DNA from: a virus
Taxonomy: Duplodnaviria > Caudoviricetes
IMG/VR virus record: IMGVR_UViG_3300009095_000014
Coordinates: 20,581 to 84,580 of that record
Strand: one strand, 5' to 3'
DNA length: 64,000 nucleotides
Below are positions 56,879-64,000 of the stretch, piece by piece. A model generated the notes under the pieces. That model was not told the DNA's origin. It searched no databases and saw nothing but the letters and a program-made list of their open reading frames with translations. The position numbers were made by a program, and so were the translations under genes. Every line of letters begins with the position of its first letter. Within the stretch, counting starts at the first letter, position 1.

Positions 56879-57289
56879 ATGACAGTTAAAATCCCCACCC
56901 TGACTGCCAAGGGGTTCGTGGAATCGATCGAGGACAAGATCGAACGGGCCATGCTGTACTTCTGCACCTCAGAATACAGCCAGTCGGACATGTATCGAGG
57001 AAACGTCGCCTCCTTGCCGTGGCTGGTCTACCGCTATGGCAACAACGCCAACGACATTCGACAAGAAGTCGAAGGGACACTAAGCGGCTACCTACACCGG
57101 GTATTCGATGAAGCGATTGTAACCTGTGTCACCGAAGAGAAGCATGATCGTATTAACTTACAGATCAATGCTATCGTAAGAGACAATGGCGAAACCCGAA
57201 ACGTCGGCTACGTCATTGGCACCACGAACAATAAGGTCATCGACGTGTTTGATATCAACAACGATGGCTATATTGGTAAACGCAGTTAA
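56879..57289 (+). CDS. Conserved core protein
   Basis: 136 aa; GAGG RBS; IPTLTAKGFV N-terminus. Confidence 0.8.
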   Translation: MTVKIPTLTAKGFVESIEDKIERAMLYFCTSEYSQSDMYRGNVASLPWLVYRYGNNANDIRQEVEGTLSGYLHRVFDEAIVTCVTEEKHDRINLQINAIVRDNGETRNVGYVIGTTNNKVIDVFDINNDGYIGKRS

Positions 57290-57306
57290 TAATGGAAGTT
57301 AAAAAG

Positions 57307-57969
57307 ATGAGCCAAGCTGACAACCCGTCCGAAGTTACCATCGAATCTCTGCAGGCGCGCATCGAAGCGCTGGAGGCCGCTCTGGAGCGCATCGAAGCGC
57401 TGGAGGCCAGTCTGGCCAACCAGAAGAAGATCATCGTCGAGGCCACTCGCGATGCGGTGCACGAGTACATCCACGGCATGTTCAAGAATGAAGTGTTCCT
57501 GGACAGCCTCGCCGCGCAGATCGTCAACCGTCTGCAAAATGCCCTGCTGTTCAAGGCCCAGCACAGCGAGCAGCGCGTACCGGAGCTGATCTGCACCGAG
57601 ATCTACGTGCCGGGTTGCCAGCGCATCAGCATCGACGAAGCCGGTGTGGTTACCCTGGAATCTCAGGAACCGAATGCCACCCAGCCCAGTGACGCCTGGG
57701 CCCGCAGTGACGTGTTCGACCAGCACCCCGAAGCCCTGGAGCCGATCCGCGACCTGGCCCTGTCCTACGGCCTGACTGCGGAGAAGTCGATGTACGTGAT
57801 GGACGACATCAGCCTGAAGGAATACCGCAAGGGCGTCCTAGCGAAGATCAAGGCCAGTGAACTCCAGGCAGCCGAACACAACAACCCGCACAACGTGACC
57901 GCCGACCAAGTGGGCGCCGAAGCGCCCGCAGAAGACCTCACCGCTGGTGAGCCGATCTTCATCGCCTGA
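57307..57969 (+). CDS. Hypothetical protein with N-terminal coiled coil
   Basis: 220 aa; strong codon bias. Confidence 0.8.
   Translation: MSQADNPSEVTIESLQARIEALEAALERIEALEASLANQKKIIVEATRDAVHEYIHGMFKNEVFLDSLAAQIVNRLQNALLFKAQHSEQRVPELICTEIYVPGCQRISIDEAGVVTLESQEPNATQPSDAWARSDVFDQHPEALEPIRDLALSYGLTAEKSMYVMDDISLKEYRKGVLAKIKASELQAAEHNNPHNVTADQVGAEAPAEDLTAGEPIFIA
57357..57416 (+). repeat. 30-nt in-frame tandem duplication
   Basis: GCGCATCGAAGCGCTGGAGGCC at 57357 and 57387 (RIEALEA twice). Confidence 0.9.
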
Positions 57970-58032
57970 TCCCCCGCAACATAGACCCCTCCCGCGTGGG
58001 AGGGGTTTTATCCACATTCCGAGGTAGTACCC

Positions 58033-58629
58033 ATGGAAACCATCGATATGGAAGAAATGTTCGAGGAACTGGCACGTGTCAGCAAAGCCGACCGTCCTCG
58101 ACTGCCCGAAGCTGTCTTTGTGCGAAGTCTACTGCCCCTGTTGATCAACTCCGAAGGTCACCGTAAGGTGGATCTGAGCGTGTGGTCGGACATTGCCGGT
58201 AACCCACACCGGGAGATCGATGTCATCGGTGCCAACAACGAAGTGCTGTTCTCCGTTCCCCCGCTGTTACAACGACTTCCGACCATTGCACCGGACCTGC
58301 AACGCAAGGGTGCCAGTGTCAGTGAGATCGCCTATATCTACGGGCAGAAGGTGGTCAATGAACACGCCATAGTGGCTGATGCGTACCTGGAAACCCAGCT
58401 GCGTAACCAGCCCATGACCGCTGATGAAGAGACCCTGCTTAACCATTTCAAGGCGTGGGTCGGCATCTACACTCGTTACAAGCTGCCGCTGGATAAGCTG
58501 ATCAAGACCGACGACGGTAAACTGCTGTCCACCGTGGAACTTGCCACCGAGAAAGGCACCGATAAAAAGGACACCCCGTCTTCAGGCAGTGGTCAAGACC
58601 AACTCTCCGGCGAATTCGATGAATTCTAA
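58033..58629 (+). CDS. Conserved core protein
   Basis: 198 aa; GAGG RBS; WSDIAG and VLFSVPPL motifs. Confidence 0.8.
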   Translation: METIDMEEMFEELARVSKADRPRLPEAVFVRSLLPLLINSEGHRKVDLSVWSDIAGNPHREIDVIGANNEVLFSVPPLLQRLPTIAPDLQRKGASVSEIAYIYGQKVVNEHAIVADAYLETQLRNQPMTADEETLLNHFKAWVGIYTRYKLPLDKLIKTDDGKLLSTVELATEKGTDKKDTPSSGSGQDQLSGEFDEF

Positions 58630-59722
58630 ACCCATCAAACTCGCTTCGATCTCTGACATCCATCTGGGGCACCACCGAACCACCACTGGTTTCATTGTCG
58701 AAAACCTGCGCAAAGCGTTTCCCGACACCGATGAAACCGGGGAACTGGACCTGATCCTGTTTGCCGGTGACGTATTCGACCGGCTGCTGTCTTTCCCGTC
58801 GACGGAAGCCTCGGAAGCGGCGGATTGGTTCATGGACTTCTTGGCCATGTGTCAACGCCGGGATATCGTGGTACGGGTTTTGGAGGGAACACCCTCGCAC
58901 GACTGGAAACAGAGCAGCTTCTTCGTGGGGCTCAATCGCAATCTGCTCAAGCCCGCCGATTTCAAGTATGTACCGACCTTGTCGATCGAGTACTTGGACC
59001 GGTTTGACCTCACGATTCTCTATGTTCCAGATGAGTGGTCGCCCGAAGCCGACGATACGTGGCGGCAAACCACGGAACTGCTGGCTGCACATGGCCTAGA
59101 GAAGGTAGACATTGCCTGCATGCACGGAGCATTCGACTACCAGATCCCCATGAGCCATAACACCCACCGTCCCGACCGCTGGTTGTCGATCGTTAAGCAC
59201 TACATCTTTATTGGCCACGTGCACTTGCACAGTGTCAATGACCGCATCCTGGCACAAGGTTCGTTTGACCGCCTGTGTCACGGTGAGGAAGCACCCAAGG
59301 GGCATATCCGGGCGGTGATCCGGGGTGAGCAGGGTGATCAGTTCGAGTTCGTGGAAAACAAAGGGGCTAAGCTCTACCTGACCTTGGAGCTTCAGGGTCG
59401 CAGCCTGACAGAATGCCTCGACGCCCTTAAAGGGTTCGAGCATTTCCCCGATGGCAGCAATTTTCGTCTGAAGATGCAACGCGAAGACGAGATGCTGGGG
59501 GCCATTCAGGCAGTCCGTGAACTCTACCCGCAATTTGTGTTCACCACTCAGCTGGATGAACTGGAAGTCAAGAGTGCCTTGATCGAAGAGGACGACAATA
59601 TCCCCCAGCCGATCACGATCACCCGCGATAACCTGGCCAGTCTGCTCAAAGAACGCATGCCCGAGGTCGCCGAAGACGTAGAAAAGGAAATGTTCCGCAT
59701 TTTAGATGAGCTAACGAAGTAA
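58619..59722 (+). CDS. Mre11/SbcD-like metallophosphoesterase nuclease
   Basis: SDIHLG, AGDVFD, GTPSHD, MHG and GHVH motifs. Confidence 0.9.
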   Translation: MNSKPIKLASISDIHLGHHRTTTGFIVENLRKAFPDTDETGELDLILFAGDVFDRLLSFPSTEASEAADWFMDFLAMCQRRDIVVRVLEGTPSHDWKQSSFFVGLNRNLLKPADFKYVPTLSIEYLDRFDLTILYVPDEWSPEADDTWRQTTELLAAHGLEKVDIACMHGAFDYQIPMSHNTHRPDRWLSIVKHYIFIGHVHLHSVNDRILAQGSFDRLCHGEEAPKGHIRAVIRGEQGDQFEFVENKGAKLYLTLELQGRSLTECLDALKGFEHFPDGSNFRLKMQREDEMLGAIQAVRELYPQFVFTTQLDELEVKSALIEEDDNIPQPITITRDNLASLLKERMPEVAEDVEKEMFRILDELTK

Positions 59723-59731
59723 GGACTTCTC

Positions 59732-60574
59732 ATGAGAGCCCGCCAAATTCTGATCGATCGTGAAAAAGGCGCCTTACCGATTTCCATCGGGACGAGCTTG
59801 GCTATCGAATCCGCTCAAGGGGTGTTACCGGAAAAGGAAGTTCAGGTACCCCCGATTCTGTCCTACGATGCCCTGTATGTGAACCTGCGTACACTGTATC
59901 GCAATATCCTCGGGTCCATCCCCACGGAAGAACGGACCGGGATGTCACCGGATTTGATCGCGGAAACCATCAGCAACGAGATGCAGGTCATCGAAGGCGC
60001 CATCCGACAAACCACCAATGGCAAAGTCAAGGTAGTCTTCTATCTGTGTACCTTCGCCTCGTTGAACCGCAAGTTTCCGCACGCCCTGCACAAGAACGCC
60101 ACCACTGAAAACCAGAAGTTCGTCCAAGCGCTGGAGGGAAACACCTTTAAGGAGTTCCAACAGTTGCAACCGGACGCCGACCTGAGGGTCTTCGACATGG
60201 ACTTCGAGCAAGACCAACGGAAGGTGCTGATCATCACGCACTTCCCTGTGGATTTGCTCAATCGCTACAAGTTCAGTCGTTTGGTATTGCTTGAAACCCA
60301 CACCGGGGCCATGAAACCACACACCCTCTGGTACACGAAGTTGTATAACGGCAAAGAGCTGAACATGATTCCGTTTGACCGGATGACCGTGCAGTTGTTT
60401 GGCGATGGCAACCTGTTCACGCCGGCTCCCATCAAGTTACGCCGCCATATCCTTGATCTGGCCAAGCGTTACAAGTGGACCAGCGTGACTACCAAAGACA
60501 TGGTCTTGCGTCATGTGTCCAATGAACACGACCCAGTCCTTGAAGGGTACATTCGAAAGCTGTACAGCACTTAA
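59732..60574 (+). CDS. Conserved core protein, possibly PIN/5'-nuclease-like fold
   Basis: 280 aa; GALPISIGTSLA and YVNLRTLYRN motifs; conserved position upstream of chmC. Confidence 0.6.
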   Translation: MRARQILIDREKGALPISIGTSLAIESAQGVLPEKEVQVPPILSYDALYVNLRTLYRNILGSIPTEERTGMSPDLIAETISNEMQVIEGAIRQTTNGKVKVVFYLCTFASLNRKFPHALHKNATTENQKFVQALEGNTFKEFQQLQPDADLRVFDMDFEQDQRKVLIITHFPVDLLNRYKFSRLVLLETHTGAMKPHTLWYTKLYNGKELNMIPFDRMTVQLFGDGNLFTPAPIKLRRHILDLAKRYKWTSVTTKDMVLRHVSNEHDPVLEGYIRKLYST

Positions 60575-60678
60575 AATAAGAAAGAGTGTGCCCATTATTT
60601 GACGACCTATAACGACCATGACCTGATAAGCCTTTCATCATGGGACGTTATGTTCTTCTTGCACAACGGAGAGTATCA

Positions 60679-61446
60679 ATGAGCGAACAACAGCGCAAGC
60701 AGCCTATCGAAAACCTGCTGGATGAATTCAAGCTGGCTTTGAAGGCCCCGCGCACGGCCGAGACTGACAAGGAACCTACCCTGCGTGTCAGTCTCTATGA
60801 AAACAATCCCCGTCTGCGCGTTAAGACCAACATGCCGATGGACAAGGGCAACAACAACGGTTACATCGACGCCGCTATGAACTCCCATGGCTTCTACGGC
60901 CTGATGGAAATGATCCGCGAAGTGGCCCGTGCCCGTGAACCGGTTGGCTACGTCATCGGTGTGGACGGTCACCCGTTCATCCGGGGTCAGCGTTCCAAGG
61001 AAAAGCTGCCCATGGGTGCCATCTGTGTCGAGCGTTACGAAGACGGTCGAATCACCATCTGTGTGACCGGTGGCAAGAACCGCCCGCTGATCGAGTTCGA
61101 CCTGATGCTCGACGAATACCATCACTTCCGTAACAAAGACGGACAGCCGATGGACAAGCGTCTGGCTTACAAAATCGGCGCGGTCAGCTGGGCCAACATG
61201 ATGGAAAAGATCGTGGCGGAAGCGCTGGCGATTACCTATGCCAAGCCGGCCTGGATGACCCGTAACGACAACCAGCAGCGCGGCGGCTACAACGGCGGCG
61301 GTAACAACAACTACGGCAACCGTGGCGGTAATGGCGGCGGTTACGGTGGTGGTTACGGTGGTGGCAATAATGGTGGTGGTCAACAGCAGCAACGCTCCGG
61401 CGGCGGCGGCGGTGACTACGACTTCGATGACGACGTGCCTCTCTAA
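60679..61446 (+). CDS. chmC: ChmC-like single-stranded nucleic-acid-binding protein (phiKZ gp67-like)
   Basis: 255 aa; position just upstream of the sigma-like nvRNAP subunit and picA; Gly/Asn/Tyr/Gln low-complexity tail ending DFDDDVPL. Confidence 0.7.
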   Translation: MSEQQRKQPIENLLDEFKLALKAPRTAETDKEPTLRVSLYENNPRLRVKTNMPMDKGNNNGYIDAAMNSHGFYGLMEMIREVARAREPVGYVIGVDGHPFIRGQRSKEKLPMGAICVERYEDGRITICVTGGKNRPLIEFDLMLDEYHHFRNKDGQPMDKRLAYKIGAVSWANMMEKIVAEALAITYAKPAWMTRNDNQQRGGYNGGGNNNYGNRGGNGGGYGGGYGGGNNGGGQQQQRSGGGGGDYDFDDDVPL

Positions 61447-61540
61447 GGCCAATCCCAATAGCTAATCCATTAGCGTTGTGACGGTAAGGCTCCCCGGTCC
61501 TTGTTTGGGACCGGGGAGTGCCTTATGCCGTTTCATCAAT

Positions 61541-61567
61541 TTTACAGTTGTACATTATCTAAGGGAT
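61541..61567 (+). promoter_or_regulatory. Candidate early/middle promoter
   Basis: TTTACAGTTG-TACATTAT-CTAAGG; another TACATTAT at 61947. Confidence 0.45.
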
Positions 61568-61591
61568 AACCACCCTCAAAGGTATTCTTCC

Positions 61592-61804
61592 ATGACGTAC
61601 ACCAAGCTCAATATCCGTCGCAAGCCGTTTCAGGTCACGTCCTACATGCGCCAGCTGGAAAAGGAAGTGGGTTACTACTGGGAACTGGGCTGGATGCCCA
61701 TGCGCGCATCGCGTCGTAAGCACGCCATCAAGTTGAACCGTTACCTGCAACGCACGTACGGCCCGCCGGCGATCCGTAATAAGGAGATCTCCAATGGCAA
61801 ATAA
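61592..61804 (+). CDS. Small basic hypothetical protein (70 aa)
   Basis: MTYTKLNIRRKPFQ...; codon usage like core genes; weak RBS. Confidence 0.65.
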   Translation: MTYTKLNIRRKPFQVTSYMRQLEKEVGYYWELGWMPMRASRRKHAIKLNRYLQRTYGPPAIRNKEISNGK

Positions 61805-61987
61805 CGCTGGTTAAATAAAACTGGCAAATGATATTTATTATAGAAGGAAGGGACCCATGAAGCGCCCATCGTAGCGCCTGGCTTGGCTCCAGCGGTACAT
61901 GAACATGGCGTTTAACATCTGACTGGAATAAAAGAGCGTACAGAGATACATTATCCTAACGCAACCCTGTAACCTAGGAGCAATACC

Positions 61988-63526
61988 ATGGAATTTGCGA
62001 TTGAAGAGTACTCGGTGAGGACCGGCTTCAACATCGTAAGTATCAAGTACAAAGGTCAAGTGCAGATGTGGCCTACGGCGGGCTACAAGAACGCCAGCGC
62101 CCCGGATCGCGAGAACATCTTCACCGACCTGAACAAGCTGTTGACTCGGTTGGCTCCCGAGAAGATCGACCGCCTGTGGAACATTTATCTGGAATCGCGG
62201 GAAACGCTGGACACGGTGCGCGACCCGATGGTACTGCACAGCGACATGGCGAAGCATGTCAAAGAAATCTACGACATCATCGATTACGAGACCGTTCGTC
62301 AGTACGTGTACGTCTGGGGTGACATGACCTTCCCGTCGTCCCTGAAGAACACCTACGAGGAAAGTGGCCTTCGGGGGCCGATCTACGTAGATCGGACCTA
62401 CCTCAAGGACGATTACATCGACCTGGTCATTCTGGCGCTGGGCTTGCGTCCGATGATCCCGATCTGGGGCGACTACATCGCCAAGATCAGCTCGGCTTGG
62501 ACGGCCAGCAAGTTCAAGGAGAAGACCGCGTACGAACTGATCAACAATTCGGCGATCACCAAGTGGCCAGGGCTGTCGCGGTTGCAAGCCTACGTGGAAG
62601 CCAGTGTGGATGGGGGCAAGGCTGGTATCGGTACTCTGCTCGGCGGGTTAAGTTCTACCGAGATTCCCTATTACTTGATGGCGCTCTCGATCCTGCGTAA
62701 GCTGGCCATCGGTCCGCTGTACCCCCGATCGGACGATGACAACCTCATTCGTCTGATCTTCAACTTCCTGGACGGTACCTTCAAACGTTTGGACAGTCGC
62801 TTCTCACCGAACAACATTCGCAAGAAGGAACTGATCAAGGAATCGGCCGAAGACGACAACTCCTCAGTGTGGGACATGTACAAGATGAATCAGGGTATCC
62901 CCGACGGGGACAAGATCCTGATTGAGAAGTACACCGAACGCCCGCACGTGTTGATCAAACGCATTGATCCCAACTACGATCCGGTAAAACTGGATCAGTG
63001 CTTGGCGTCGGTGCAGGGTTTCGCCGAGGTCGCGGTTGAGGAACATCATGTCGCGTTGGTGAAATGGATCATGGGTCCGGTGCTACCGCCCAAGTCCATC
63101 CACTCTCTGCCTAAAAAGGCACTGATGCGAATCATTGCCGTTTCCCAAGCAGTGCTTTGGCACTGGGGTTACAAGGAACTTGCTCTCTTGGTTGCTGCCG
63201 AACGCGTAGTCGTCGATGCCGACGGCATGTTCAGCCAGCGAGAAGGGTTGGGCAAGATCCCCAAGCAAGCCATGGAAAAGCTTCACGAGATCTACCCGTA
63301 CTACCGGCGGACCTCGCGTAAGCATGACCCGGCGAAACCCAATAACTTGGCGGCCAATGCCATCAACCAAGTGTGTTCAACTATTATTAATGACGAATGG
63401 CGGGTCCATGCGCCGGAAGAACTGATCCGTGAGATTGACAATCTTCACGTGACGCGGGTTTTCTCGACCAGCCCAGACATTCGCAGCCAGATGGCTGACC
63501 TGATCATCCGTCTAAACGCTCAATAA
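61988..63526 (+). CDS. Non-virion RNAP promoter-specificity subunit (phiKZ gp68-like)
   Basis: 512 aa; AGGAG RBS; conserved position between chmC and picA. Confidence 0.75.
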   Translation: MEFAIEEYSVRTGFNIVSIKYKGQVQMWPTAGYKNASAPDRENIFTDLNKLLTRLAPEKIDRLWNIYLESRETLDTVRDPMVLHSDMAKHVKEIYDIIDYETVRQYVYVWGDMTFPSSLKNTYEESGLRGPIYVDRTYLKDDYIDLVILALGLRPMIPIWGDYIAKISSAWTASKFKEKTAYELINNSAITKWPGLSRLQAYVEASVDGGKAGIGTLLGGLSSTEIPYYLMALSILRKLAIGPLYPRSDDDNLIRLIFNFLDGTFKRLDSRFSPNNIRKKELIKESAEDDNSSVWDMYKMNQGIPDGDKILIEKYTERPHVLIKRIDPNYDPVKLDQCLASVQGFAEVAVEEHHVALVKWIMGPVLPPKSIHSLPKKALMRIIAVSQAVLWHWGYKELALLVAAERVVVDADGMFSQREGLGKIPKQAMEKLHEIYPYYRRTSRKHDPAKPNNLAANAINQVCSTIINDEWRVHAPEELIREIDNLHVTRVFSTSPDIRSQMADLIIRLNAQ

Positions 63527-63547
63527 CCCTCAAAGGTAGCTGTAACG

Positions 63548-64000
63548 ATGAAAGTTCTCAATCTTGCCTTCCGCGAAATGGGTAGCTACTCCGACATGCC
63601 CATTCGTCCGTTCGTAAGCAGCATCTCCGACCGGGATGTGGGAGTGCTGGCTGAGCTGACTGACGCCGGCCGCGACTTCAGTGTTGGTGCAGTGGCCGGG
63701 TTTGCCGGACGCGTCATCCGTCCGGCATCCGAGACCCAAGGGATCGTGAGTATCGACAACGGTTGGGGTACCAGCCGTTTCATGTTCATCATGGAAGTGG
63801 AAGTCCGGAAGACCTCGACCAGTGTGATGCGTCAGCTGATCGTGGGCATGACGGACAACGTGGAGCGCATCAGTCGGAACACCGGTAACATCGACCAAAA
63901 TACCGTGATGCACTTCATGTCGAGCTTTACCCTGAACTCGATGCTGGTCATGGACTCGCGTGGCGCCAACTACACCACCCAAATCCGCGATCAGGTGCAG
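63548..64000 (+). CDS. picA: PicA/Imp1 nuclear import protein (phiKZ gp69-like), truncated by window edge
   Basis: Open frame from ATG 63548 (MKVLNLAFREMGSY...IDNGWGTSRFMFIMEVEV); synteny after gp68-like gene. Confidence 0.7.
   Translation, partial: MKVLNLAFREMGSYSDMPIRPFVSSISDRDVGVLAELTDAGRDFSVGAVAGFAGRVIRPASETQGIVSIDNGWGTSRFMFIMEVEVRKTSTSVMRQLIVGMTDNVERISRNTGNIDQNTVMHFMSSFTLNSMLVMDSRGANYTTQIRDQVQ

Noticed and set aside
1-64000. CRISPR array, tRNA genes, stop-codon reassignment, transposases
   Set aside because: No regularly spaced repeats or T-loop/cloverleaf patterns seen by eye; long genes read in the standard code with all three stops used; a tRNAscan run would be needed for certainty

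Overview
A 64 kb slice of a nucleus-forming, phiKZ-like jumbo phage (Chimalliviridae). By eye the core genes are GC-rich; the host cannot be determined from this window. Core content: tail tape-measure/lytic transglycosylase, virion RNA polymerase subunits, prohead protease, two cleavable head-protein paralogs, tail tube and sheath, large terminase, PhuZ tubulin, split family-B DNA polymerase, chimallin (ChmA), non-virion RNAP subunits, Mre11/SbcD-like nuclease, ChmC and the start of PicA/Imp1. The virion RNAP beta gene is split by a group I intron (12770-14130, splice sites and core helices readable from sequence) carrying a NUMOD4-HNH endonuclease. Accessory blocks at about 21-24 kb and 35-42 kb sit behind a repeated TACATT(G/A)T candidate early promoter. 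The 35-42 kb block is the most interesting: a Csx20-like protein (candidate viral ring nuclease against type III CRISPR), a Gp49/Sf6-66 (Acb4-like) domain fusion (candidate anti-CBASS sponge), five tiny membrane ORFs below the ORF-track cutoff, a duplicated translation leader and structured intergenic RNA. Ortholog names come from motif recognition, gene order and recalled family sequences, not from a database search.
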